64,000 bases of DNA from Candidatus Bathyarchaeota archaeon. Its GTDB lineage: Archaea; Thermoproteota; Bathyarchaeia; 40CM-2-53-6; RBG-13-38-9. Location of the stretch: contig CAWECG010000003.1 in NCBI GenBank assembly GCA_963807605.1, positions 832,001 through 896,000 on the forward strand. The letters are read 5' to 3'. Both the position numbers and the translations under genes were made by a program. The notes below the pieces were generated by a model that saw nothing but the letters and a program-made list of their open reading frames with translations, made no database searches and had not been told where the DNA came from. Positions 39,873 to 48,900 of this stretch are shown piece by piece; within the stretch, counting starts at the first letter, position 1, and every line of letters begins with the position of its first letter.

Positions 39873-40625
39873 TTGCCTACCACCTCCCGCGCTAGTTGTC
39901 GGTAGGCTTCGCAGCCTGCGGAGTGAGGCGCGTATACTGTGATAGGCTTCAAGAAGGACGGCGCCTCTGCAAGCTTGACGCTTCTGGGAATCATCGTCTT
40001 GAAGACGTGTCCTGAGAAGTGCTTCCTAACCTGAGCTATGACCTCGCTGTCTAGGCGTCTGCGCTGGTCTACCATGGTGAGGAGAACCCCCCTAAGATTC
40101 ACAGTCTTGCCCAGCCTGATCTTGACCGTCTCAATGGTCTGGCATCAGTTTAGGCATGGCCTCAAGTCCGCCCCAATACTCGGTCTGACAGGGTATGATT
40201 ATCGAGTCAGCAGCGACTAGGCTGTTTACAGTGAGCAAGCCTAAGGATGGAGGCGAGTCTATGAGTATGAAGTCAAATCGGTCTTTGATGGGTGCTAGGC
40301 TCTCAGCTAGAATCTTCTCCCTACCGATGACACCAGCCAGTTCAACCTCTAAGGCTGCCGCGTTGATGTGTGAGGGTAAGAGCCAGACGTTTGGAACCGC
40401 CTCAATTTGGACTATTGCACTTGACGTGGGAGTTTTTTCAGACATGACGTCATAGATGGTTGAGCTTCCAGCGTTCCCGAAGCCGTTGGTTAAGGTCGCT
40501 TGTGGGTCAAAGTCTACGGCAAGGACTTTCTTTCCCAGCTCACCCAATGCAGGCGTTAGGTTGTAAACAGTGGTTGTCTTGGAGCATCCACCCTTCTGCA
40601 TGAGTATGCTTATGACTTCGCCCAT
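39869..40625 (-). pseudogene. parA: ParA/Soj partition ATPase split by a 1-nt insertion near 40141
   Basis: KGGCSKTT deviant Walker A, VDFDPQA, LIDSPPSLG; removing one C from atg-c-cag joins LM-QTIETVK to TMVD.R and IPRSVKLAEAPS. Confidence 0.85.
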
Positions 40626-40630
40626 AATTA

Positions 40631-40680
40631 TCGTATACAGTATACCATATAACTACCATATATGATATATAGTATACACC
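40631..40680. promoter_or_regulatory. AT-rich repeated boxes upstream of parA (operator/parS candidate)
   Basis: GTATAC at 40633, 40640 and 40672; TACCATATA at 40643 and 40654. Confidence 0.4.
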
Positions 40681-40722
40681 TAGGGTTTTCGTCCGGACGA
40701 ACAAATATAAATTCTTTGGTTT

Positions 40723-40998
40723 CTACCTTGTCAGAATAATTATCTCTCTTCCGCACCTGTCGCAATACCTCGCTTGTAGATCCTCAAGTTGAGATCCGCA
40801 TGAGTCACAAAACTTCGACGGGGCCTTCTCAATCAATGGAAGTCTCTCAAAGTCTATCCTAGGCGTTTGGTATCCGGCTAGACCTCGCCACGCAAGACGT
40901 GAGATCATCTCCGAGAAACTAGGGATCGGTCTTTCTCGACCTCTCACCTCATCAATCTTGAAAGCCAGCTTCTCGTCCATGTAGATGGTTCTTCTCAA
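40723..40998 (-). CDS. Ribbon-helix-helix plus zinc-ribbon protein; start TTG 40998 or ATG 40980
   Basis: RRTIYMDEKL..SFSEMISRL RHH pattern; FCDSCG..YCDRCG. Confidence 0.7.
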   Translation of the reverse strand: MRRTIYMDEKLAFKIDEVRGRERPIPSFSEMISRLAWRGLAGYQTPRIDFERLPLIEKAPSKFCDSCGSQLEDLQARYCDRCGREIIILTR

Positions 40999-41014
40999 GC
41001 CTATTCGCTCTGAG

Positions 41015-41098
41015 GTATGAAGGTATGAGCTTATCACACTTCGTATGAAGGTATGAGGAAGTCACACAAAGTATGAAAGTATGAAAAGCACAAATACT
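41015..41098. repeat. Three tandem 28-bp units, each with two GTATGA boxes
   Basis: GTATGA at 41015/41023, 41043/41051 and 41071/41079; TCACAC at 41034 and 41062. Confidence 0.8.
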
Positions 41099-41424
41099 GA
41101 CGCAGCAATCATGATCATCAGCGTGAAAATGAGTCGTGACAAGATAACTACTGTAAACAGTAACACCGCTATTATTCCGTACAATTTCAAGCGGTGAGGT
41201 GGCTTTCTTCAGCCTTCGATCGAACTCAGGTAAGATTAATGCAATCGTCATAATAGTGATCAGTACAAGCTCTCCGATACCTAGGAGCATGTTACTAGCC
41301 TAGGAATTTCATACTGAGGACTGCCCTCAATTTGCCGCATACTGGTCTTTTTAACACAAACCAGTTAAGAATCCCGTATCAGAGGGGAACTATTTTCATC
41401 CAACAAGCTGATTCGTGTAAAATA

Positions 41425-41685
41425 CTACGCTTCTTGGGGTTGTTCTGAGGGAGTTTTTACACCGTAATACTTGTCAGTAAATTTGCAGTAGACATCGACC
41501 ATACTTGATGGTGGTATAACAGGAAATTCTTCCTTGATTTTGCAGGATCCGCATTGAACAAGCGCTTTGTCAGATCCCTTCTTCATAATAACCTTCACAG
41601 ATTCTTCACCGCATGCTGGACATGTAAAGATCGTTGGAAGTTTCTTCTTTACAATTTTAACTACTCTTCGTTTCCTTCGACCCAT
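41425..41685 (-). CDS. elf1: Transcription elongation factor Elf1
   Basis: MGRRKRR..LP..FTCPACG..VQCGSC..VDVYCKF.D. Confidence 0.92.
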   Translation of the reverse strand: MGRRKRRVVKIVKKKLPTIFTCPACGEESVKVIMKKGSDKALVQCGSCKIKEEFPVIPPSSMVDVYCKFTDKYYGVKTPSEQPQEA

Positions 41686-41709
41686 CTCTTTTTTTCACCT
41701 AAATCTTAT

Positions 41710-42507
41710 TCACATTCTGCCTCTTCCAATGGCCAAGTTCTTGCCTGTCCCGCCCCGTCTGTGTTTAATCACTTCTGCTATTATGCTTGTGGCAATCTCC
41801 GCTGGCGTCTCAGCACCTATATCGAGTCCGATAGGTGCGTAGACCCGTTTAAGGCTATCTTCAGGTATACCCTCTTTCATCAACGTGTTAAATGCCATCT
41901 CTACCCTGTTCTTGCTTCCGACCATTCCTATGTAAGTTGCTTCTGAATTGATGACTTCTCGTAGGGCAGGTTCATCGTACTGATGCCTAGTCACTATAAC
42001 TATGTACGTCTGTGGAGTGATTTTAAGCCCGGCAACTCCTGCATCTACGGGTTTGGCTACTACGGTTTCGGCATCCGGGAACTCTTCTTTCTTGGCAAAG
42101 GGGTCAAGCACAACGACTTTAAAGTCTACCAATTTACCAAGAGTCGATAACGCTATTGCGATGTGACCGCTTCCGATGATTAAAAACACTGGTTTTGGCT
42201 GGAGTACCTCGATAGATAATTCAAGCTTACCTCCACATCTCATGCCCACCCCACCTTTCTCTTCCTCCTCCAAGGCATAGTCTACGATTCGAGACTTTGC
42301 TTCCTTTAGTGCTTCGAGAGCCGATGTCACTACTGCTGCTTCAACACAACCGCCACCGATGGTTCCGTAGATCGTTTGATCGTTCATGATAATCATCTTT
42401 GTGCCAACGCCCCTCGGAGTAGAACCCTCAGCTCTGATTATGCTAGCGACAGCAAACGTCTCTCCACTTTGCAGAAGTTCTGTAATCTTTTGGTATATGT
42501 CCAGCAA
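41710..42507 (-). CDS. xdhC: XdhC/CoxI molybdenum cofactor insertion chaperone
   Basis: GSTPR..G.KM, GTIGGGC.E, GM.CGG, GSGHIA, YIGMVGS, APIGLDIGAETPAEIA. Confidence 0.92.
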   Translation of the reverse strand: MLDIYQKITELLQSGETFAVASIIRAEGSTPRGVGTKMIIMNDQTIYGTIGGGCVEAAVVTSALEALKEAKSRIVDYALEEEEKGGVGMRCGGKLELSIEVLQPKPVFLIIGSGHIAIALSTLGKLVDFKVVVLDPFAKKEEFPDAETVVAKPVDAGVAGLKITPQTYIVIVTRHQYDEPALREVINSEATYIGMVGSKNRVEMAFNTLMKEGIPEDSLKRVYAPIGLDIGAETPAEIATSIIAEVIKHRRGGTGKNLAIGRGRM

Positions 42508-42658
42508 CCTAATCGCTTCAGTCGGAATCTTTTGTGGTATACTTTCAGTTCCATTCTATTAAGATATCTTCAGCTCCCCAGTGATTGTCTATCGCACGTA
42601 TTGCTACCTAATGCTTAATTTGGTTACTCTGAAGGTGTATATTGGTGATCGAATAGCC

Positions 42659-43536
42659 ATGCGTTTGACGACAGAACTTTTGAGATTGGATAATCCAGAT
42701 GGAGCTATCGAGCGTATCGTCAGCTTTCTCAGAGACTATGTTAAGGGGGCCTCGGCTGATGGTTTTGTTATTGGTATGTCTGGAGGACTCGACTCAAGCG
42801 TTACAGCTGCTCTCTGTTCAAGAGCTCTCAACGACCGTAACAAGATCCTTGGTTTGTCTATGGCTGAGGAGGAAACCTACAATGAAAAGAATATAGCTGA
42901 TGCCGAACGTGTAGCACACATCTTTAACATACAATTCAAGAAGGTCGACATAACTTCAATTATCAAAGACTTTCATAAGAACATGAAACTCTTCGATCCG
43001 AGGGATCGAATTGCTAATGGTAATGTTAAAGCGAGGATCCGCGCGGTAACTCTCTTCTACCACTCTAATGTTCTCAATCGCCTCGTCATCGGAACTACCG
43101 ATAAGAGTGAAATGATGCTCGGATAGGATAAGTCCTTCATGAATTTATCCCCGAAGATTTCACAAAGTTTGGCGACGGGGCATGCGACATAGAGCCTCTG
43201 GCAGATCTCTTTAAGACAACCGTTAGACAACTTGCAACCACCTTGGGAGTTCCTACAGAAATAGTAGCGAAGCGGCCATCACCCGATCTTTGGCCGGATC
43301 AACAAGCAAGCCAAGAACTAGGAGCGGATTATGACGTACTTGATCTTGTACTATGGGGAATTGAGCACTGGTGGTCGATAGACAAGATCGCAAGTGAACT
43401 ACAGCTCCCCGAGAAGTTTGTTAAGAATGTAGTGGAGAAGTGGAAATTAGCGGAGCATAAGAGGCGCACACCACTTATCCCCAAACTCTTCTTTAGAACT
43501 GTGGGTCATGATTTCCGTCTACCCTACATGCCTTAG
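42659..43536 (+). CDS. nadE: NAD+ synthetase, intron-containing: join(42659..43124,43157..43536), 281 aa
   Basis: SGGLDSS, GNVKARIR, GTTDKSEMMLG | YFTKFGDGACDI, PLADLFKT, PSPDLW, EHKR; the two ORF halves are out of frame until the 32-nt intron is removed. Confidence 0.92.
43125..43156 (+). other. 32-nt archaeal BHB-type intron in nadE mRNA
   Basis: Central helix TCGG/CCGA, 3-nt bulges ATA and AGA, intron stem GGATAAGT/ATTTATCC; splicing yields GGA-TAT-TTC. Confidence 0.88.
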
Positions 43537-43674
43537 CATTCTTCTCGTGTTAAAGAATATGTTAATATCTACAACAAATCTGGTCTTATATGCACATGAA
43601 AGTAGTTTGATTCTTCTAAATTCAATTTTGTCCACATCTTCATAAATTTCGTTGAATACTAATGTTGGATAACA

Positions 43675-44502
43675 ATGAAGCAAATCAAGGTAGGCCTTGC
43701 CCAGACTTCCATCAAAAATGGTGATAAGTCTCACAACCTCCAAGTAATGAGGAGGACTTTAGACGAGGCCAGAAAGAAAGAAGCTAACTTACTTATCTTT
43801 CCTGAGTTATCTCTCACAGGATATGTTTGTCGCGACTTTTTCTATGAGCTCGCGGAGACTATTGATGGACCCTCTATAAAACTTGTATGCCAATTTACAA
43901 GAGAGAATGGATTGACAACGATTTTTGGAATGCCTTTGGAAGAGAATGTCAAAGGCGTAATTTACAATTCGTCGGTCATGATCGATGAAGACGGTGATGT
44001 TGTTAGCTACAACAAGTTGTATTTGCCTACCCACTCGGTCTTCGATGAAAAGAGATATTTCCGCTCTGGCAACGAGACAAAATGTTTTCAAACCAAGAAA
44101 TGCAGGATTGGGCTGACAATTTGTTATGATGTTTATTTCCCAGAGATATACCGGATCCTCGCACTTGAGGGAGCTGAGCTCGTGACTTGCATCTCTGCAT
44201 CTCCTTCTACACGTCAAGAATATTTCCAAACTTTGACTAAAGCTAGGGCAATTGAGAATGGAGTTTTTCTTGCTTTCGTCAATCGTGTTGGAATTGAGGA
44301 TGGACTACAGTTTTGGGGAGGAAGCAACGTCGTGAGCCCAAACGGTGACATTCTGGCGAAGGCCCGATATTATGAAGAGGACTTAACCTTCGTTACATTA
44401 GACTTGGAGGATCTAAGGAGAGTTAGACCGTTTGTCCCAACCATTAAGGACCTCAGAATGGAGATCTTGGACAGATTGGTACTGCGAGCCCACGAGATAT
44501 GA
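43675..44502 (+). CDS. Carbon-nitrogen hydrolase (nitrilase superfamily); candidate glutaminase partner of NadE
   Basis: FPELSLTGY, YNKLYLP, GLTICYD (E-K-C triad), ARAIENG, VNRVG. Confidence 0.9.
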   Translation: MKQIKVGLAQTSIKNGDKSHNLQVMRRTLDEARKKEANLLIFPELSLTGYVCRDFFYELAETIDGPSIKLVCQFTRENGLTTIFGMPLEENVKGVIYNSSVMIDEDGDVVSYNKLYLPTHSVFDEKRYFRSGNETKCFQTKKCRIGLTICYDVYFPEIYRILALEGAELVTCISASPSTRQEYFQTLTKARAIENGVFLAFVNRVGIEDGLQFWGGSNVVSPNGDILAKARYYEEDLTFVTLDLEDLRRVRPFVPTIKDLRMEILDRLVLRAHEI

Positions 44503-44661
44503 GATCGAATACTTAGTATATACATTTTTTCGCAAATTCACGTAAGTAATCGAATCAGGGATATGCATGTTTCAGTGAAGGCTTTGCAGCGACGGTTAAT
44601 TCCTTTCCTTGATCAGATTGTCTCAGTATGACTTAATAGTTCTGCATACAATGTTGTATGC

Positions 44662-45171
44662 ATGAACGGGGGGAGCCGTAGTAACGACACACCGTCACTC
44701 AAATTGGCTAGAAAATCAGTAATGGAGACTTTTCAAGACGAAATATTGAAGATTCTGCTTAAGAACAGCAATTTGACCAGAAAACAGTTCGAAACCTTGC
44801 TAATAGACACCTTGGCTGGTGATCTCCTTGAAGAGGAAGCTACGTCAAGGGCAAGACCAAAGCTACGAACCGATAGAAGCTCACTCAGCCGTGGATCGTT
44901 CGATAGAACTCTGATTCAAGGCAGGAGGAACATAATTGAAGCCGTCTATACGATTCTGCTCTTAGGCTACACTGGACTCTTTGAGACTGCTCAATTGGAA
45001 CCTTTCTTAGAAGTTGGAAGTCGTCTAAAGGTCTACGTTGAGTCTAGAGGGAAACAGAATGTTGACCAAGACAGGGAGATGAGAAGCACTCTGTCGAAGG
45101 AGTTAACCGAGATTCTGGAAGGACTGGTAAGGGGTAGAAGAAAAGAGTCAGATGAGACGCTGAATAAGTAG
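44662..45171 (+). CDS. Conserved hypothetical protein flanking the putative origin
   Basis: SNLT.KQ.E.L, SRGSF.RTL.QGRRNI..A.YT..LL.Y.G; HTH-like. Confidence 0.7.
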   Translation: MNGGSRSNDTPSLKLARKSVMETFQDEILKILLKNSNLTRKQFETLLIDTLAGDLLEEEATSRARPKLRTDRSSLSRGSFDRTLIQGRRNIIEAVYTILLLGYTGLFETAQLEPFLEVGSRLKVYVESRGKQNVDQDREMRSTLSKELTEILEGLVRGRRKESDETLNK

Positions 45172-45600
45172 TTATTTTAAAGGATCGGCGATAGAATTGC
45201 TATCTGCAGGGTTGACTGACTTAACAGAATATCTCCACTCGAAAGTAGAACCAGACCGCGTAAGGACACCTCTCTCTACAAGTCTAGAGAGATATGTTGA
45301 AATTGTGCTTAGAGGAACGTCTTCGCTGTAGACCGAATTGTATGTTCGCTGCAGATCTTTAGACAAAAAAGTCTTGTCAGAAAAATGTGAAAACACAAGA
45401 GAAAGAGTCTTCTCAAAACGATTGTTGAGCGATCTTTGAATGAGCCTGGTGGTTGGATAGCTCCCATCAACTCCACCCATTAGTTCGACGTAGTCGAGAA
45501 CTTTTCCCACTTTTTCTCGAGTCACACGACCTTCGATTGCCATGGTATGTTTTATCCCTTCCTTGTCATAGAACTCTATCTTGACTCGATGTGCCGGCAA
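45172..45600 (-). CDS. Winged-helix protein flanking the putative origin
   Basis: LSTISTYLSRLVERG.L.RSG C-terminal wHTH pattern. Confidence 0.75.
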   Translation of the reverse strand: MPAHRVKIEFYDKEGIKHTMAIEGRVTREKVGKVLDYVELMGGVDGSYPTTRLIQRSLNNRFEKTLSLVFSHFSDKTFLSKDLQRTYNSVYSEDVPLSTISTYLSRLVERGVLTRSGSTFEWRYSVKSVNPADSNSIADPLK

Positions 45601-45614
45601 TCAAAGCACCGATG

Positions 45615-46056
45615 TTAAGTTTGCTGTTCACAGGTAAATGAAGTATTAGTGAACACTCTTATTTGTTTTGCCATAGAAGCTGAGTTATGTGAACGAGAGT
45701 CTTTCGTTTCCACTTGAAAAGACGCGCCTGCAGAGGAAATGGGGGGGTTATGGTTTATTTCACAGAAAGTGAAGCCGTAATGGGTTCTAATATTATTGAT
45801 AGTTTTTTTTTCACAACAATAAAGAGGTGTTGACAATCGTTCACTCACACATACACCATCGTTTCCACTGGACAAAAGATGAATAAAAGGAGTAACAAAG
45901 ACTACTATATTGAACATTTCAGTATTGTTTTCTTATGTATAACATAATTATACAATAGAAAGGCATTACCATTCGAGGTATATTTCATTACTTAAACTAC
46001 TCAACATATAAAAGGTATATTCTTCTCCACAGGAAATGAAGGGGTGGCTGGCACCT
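45615..46056. other. Probable chromosomal replication origin (oriC) with ORB-like boxes and AT-rich unwinding element
   Basis: Non-coding and AT-rich; CTCCACAGGAAATGAAGGGGT (46025), CTGCAGAGGAAATGGGGGGG (45728), GTTTCCACTTGAAAAG (45706), GTTTCCACTGGACAAAAG (45861), GTTCACAGGTAAATGAAG (45626); cdc6 ~2.8 kb away. Confidence 0.75.
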
Positions 46057-48693
46057 CTAAATATCATATGTCTTAACCATTTCTTGGGCCGCAGCCAATC
46101 TTGCTATTGGAACTCTGTAGATTGAACAGGATACATAATTCACACCAATGAGGCTACAGAACCTTATCGATTCTGGATCCCCTCCATGTTCACCACAGAT
46201 GCCCACTTTTAGGTTAGGTCTAACCTTTCTACCATCCTCAATAGCTATTTGCATTAACCTACCAACCCCGCCTTTATCTAACGTTTCGAACGGATTGTAT
46301 GTTAATATTCCCTGTTCAAGATATCGAGGCAGAAACTTGTTCTCAGCATCTTCTCTTGAGAATGAGAAGGTACCCTGTGTTAGATCGTTAGTTCCGAATG
46401 AAAAAAATTCCGCAAAGTTGGCTATCTCACCGGCTGTCAAGCAACTTCGTACAACCTCTATCATTGTTCCGAAGCTATACTTTACTTGAACCCCAGTTCT
46501 TGTCATAACTTCTTGGGCAACCCTATCTAGCCTCTGTTTAACACTATATAACTCGGAGGCCATGGAAACTTGGGGAATCATAATCTCCGGTTTAACATGG
46601 TAACCCTGCTTAGTCAGCTCAGCCACAGCCTCAATTATGGCTTGCGTCTGCATTTCATATATCTCCGGGTTTGTTATTCCTAACCGGACTCCCCTGTGAC
46701 CCATCATAGGATTGACTTCAGCCAGAGCCTTTGCTTTCCTATAGATTTCTTCCTTCTCCTTGGTGTCAACATTCTTAGACTTCATATTCATTATCTCATG
46801 AAGCAGAACCTCTAATGACGGTAGAAATTCATGGAGTGGAGGATCAAGAAGTCGCACCGTCACTGGTAGACCATTCATTACCCTGAAAATTTCTTTAAAG
46901 TCGTTTCTCTGAATTGGTAACAAGGCTGAAAGGTGTTTCTCCCTTTCCTCATAGTTTTCTGCTAGGATCATCTTCTGAACTATCGGCAGCCGATCTACTG
47001 CATTGAACATTCTCTCAGTCCTGCATAAACCGATACCTTCCGCACCGAATTCCCTCGCTTTCCTTGAATCTTCTGGGGAATCGGCATTGGCTCTCACACC
47101 AATTCTTCTTTTTTCATCGGCCCAACCGAGTACCTGTCCAAACTCCTTTGGAAGCTCAGGTTCGATTGTAGGAACATCGCCAACATATACCGAACCCGTA
47201 CTCCCATCGATCGTAATGATCTCCCCCTCCTTAACAACTCGTTTTTCTATAAGGAAGAGTTTGAGCAGACTATCGATCTTTATCTGTTCACAACCCGAGA
47301 CACAAGGTTTACCCATTCCCCTCGCGACAACCGCGGCGTGTGAGGTCTTTCCTCCTCTTGAAGTTAGAACTCCTTGAGCAGCGAAGAAACCGTGGATATC
47401 CTCAGGTTTTGTTTCCTCCCTGACGAGGATCACCTTCTCCCCTTTTGCGCCAAGCTGAGCCGCGGTGTCAGCGTCGAAGACTACTTTGCCCGAAGCTGCA
47501 CCTGGCGAAGCAGCCAAGCCTGAGGCAACAGGCTTTGTCAGAGACTCGGGATCGATGGTCTTGTGGAGAAGTTGTTCAACCTGTTCTGGTCTAACTCTAA
47601 TGAGTGCTTCGTCTTTAGTAAGTATGCCTTCATTATACATTTCTACTGATGTCTTAACTGTTGCGAGGGCATTCATTTTGCCGTTTCTTGTTTGTAAAAT
47701 ATAGAGCTTGCCTTTCTCGATCGTAAATTCGAAGTCTTGAACCTCTTTGTAATGTTTTTCTAGGATTTCACGCACTTTACATAATTCTTCGTAACTCTTT
47801 GGTAGCTCTTTTCTCATTTCAGTTATTGGTTTAGGCGTTCTGATTCCCGCAACAACATCTTCTCCTTGAGCGTTGGTCAGGTATTCACCATAGAAAATGT
47901 TTTGGCCAGTAGCTGGATCTCTTGTGAAAGCAACGCCAGTAGCGGAATCTGAACCTCTATTCCCAAAAACCATGGTTTGAACATTGACTGCCGTTCCGTT
48001 GGCCATGTCAGGGGTTATCTTGTTGAATTTTCGATAGTCTACAGCCCTCTTTCCCATCCAAGAACGGAAGACTGCTTCAATGGCCATCTCTAGTTGCTTG
48101 TGGGGGTCGTCGGGAAACTGTCGGCTAGTTTCATCTTTGCATATTCTCTTGAAGTCCTCAACGATCTGTTTTAGTGCCTCCGACGGTAGATCCGTATCAT
48201 ACTTTGCGTTGCACTTTTTCTTCGATTCCTCAAACTCCTTGTCAAATCTTTCTCCGTTAGCTTGCATCGCTATCTTCGAAAATAACTGTATGAAACGCCT
48301 GTAGCAATCATATGCGAATCTTTCGTCTCCCGTTTGTTTAGCAAGTCCAATTACGGTTTCATCATTAAGTCCCAAGTTTAAGATAGTGTCCATCATCCCA
48401 GGCATCGAAAGGGCAGCTCCAGAACGCACAGAGACGAGCAGCGAATTCTTAGGGTCGCCAAACCTTTTCCCAGTCTTCTCTTCTAGGGTGACCATATACT
48501 CTTTTACTTCACCTAACAACCCGCTTGGTAACTTACCACCATTCTGGTTATACTCAATACAAACCTCTGTTGTAATTACAAAGCCTGGAGGGACTGTTAG
48601 ACCTATTCTGGTCATCTCGCACAGTCCGGCACCTTTTCCACCCAGTAACTTCTTATTCTTCCCATCACCTTGCTCAAAGTCGTAGATTCTCAT
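46057..48693 (-). CDS. ppdK: Pyruvate, phosphate dikinase
   Basis: LLGGKGAGL, VSVRSGA..SMPGMMDTILNLG, GGKTSHAAVVARG (phospho-His), GLCRTE, SFGTNDLTQ, GICGEHGGDP. Confidence 0.98.
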   Translation of the reverse strand: MRIYDFEQGDGKNKKLLGGKGAGLCEMTRIGLTVPPGFVITTEVCIEYNQNGGKLPSGLLGEVKEYMVTLEEKTGKRFGDPKNSLLVSVRSGAALSMPGMMDTILNLGLNDETVIGLAKQTGDERFAYDCYRRFIQLFSKIAMQANGERFDKEFEESKKKCNAKYDTDLPSEALKQIVEDFKRICKDETSRQFPDDPHKQLEMAIEAVFRSWMGKRAVDYRKFNKITPDMANGTAVNVQTMVFGNRGSDSATGVAFTRDPATGQNIFYGEYLTNAQGEDVVAGIRTPKPITEMRKELPKSYEELCKVREILEKHYKEVQDFEFTIEKGKLYILQTRNGKMNALATVKTSVEMYNEGILTKDEALIRVRPEQVEQLLHKTIDPESLTKPVASGLAASPGAASGKVVFDADTAAQLGAKGEKVILVREETKPEDIHGFFAAQGVLTSRGGKTSHAAVVARGMGKPCVSGCEQIKIDSLLKLFLIEKRVVKEGEIITIDGSTGSVYVGDVPTIEPELPKEFGQVLGWADEKRRIGVRANADSPEDSRKAREFGAEGIGLCRTERMFNAVDRLPIVQKMILAENYEEREKHLSALLPIQRNDFKEIFRVMNGLPVTVRLLDPPLHEFLPSLEVLLHEIMNMKSKNVDTKEKEEIYRKAKALAEVNPMMGHRGVRLGITNPEIYEMQTQAIIEAVAELTKQGYHVKPEIMIPQVSMASELYSVKQRLDRVAQEVMTRTGVQVKYSFGTMIEVVRSCLTAGEIANFAEFFSFGTNDLTQGTFSFSREDAENKFLPRYLEQGILTYNPFETLDKGGVGRLMQIAIEDGRKVRPNLKVGICGEHGGDPESIRFCSLIGVNYVSCSIYRVPIARLAAAQEMVKTYDI

Positions 48694-48900
48694 GAGAAAC
48701 CCCTGTTGGTCATTGGCGGATCGAATTTGGCGTAGCCTAAATGATCGAGTTGTATTTAATCAGTTCCCCTGTGGACAGATAATCTGCTAGTGACACCACT
48801 GGCGTAGATTGAATTTTTCGCTGTTCTTTATCGGGTTTGATGTACAGAAATTCTTAATATTAGTGCAGGGCAGTTGCGCTCAGTTATCGGTGGACACGTT

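Noticed and set aside
40120-40160. Second mRNA intron or programmed frameshift in parA
   Set aside because: Only one extra base, with no BHB-like pairing or slippery sequence visible
41015-41098. CRISPR mini-array
   Set aside because: The 28-bp period is too short, there are no unique spacers of CRISPR length and no cas genes adjacent
40952-41290. 112-aa ORF on the minus strand
   Set aside because: Its 3' half runs through the repeat array and looks non-coding; at most a short membrane-protein fragment
43124-43126. Pyrrolysine or stop read-through of the nadE TAG
   Set aside because: The downstream half is in a different frame (32-nt insertion), so read-through cannot restore the protein; splicing explains it exactly
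43243-43536. Independent 97-aa gene, or nadE as a pseudogene
   Set aside because: It is exon 2 of nadE; both halves retain all motifs with no other lesions
45615-45917. 100-aa ORF on the minus strand
   Set aside because: No protein-like motif; overlaps the ORB-like, AT-rich origin region
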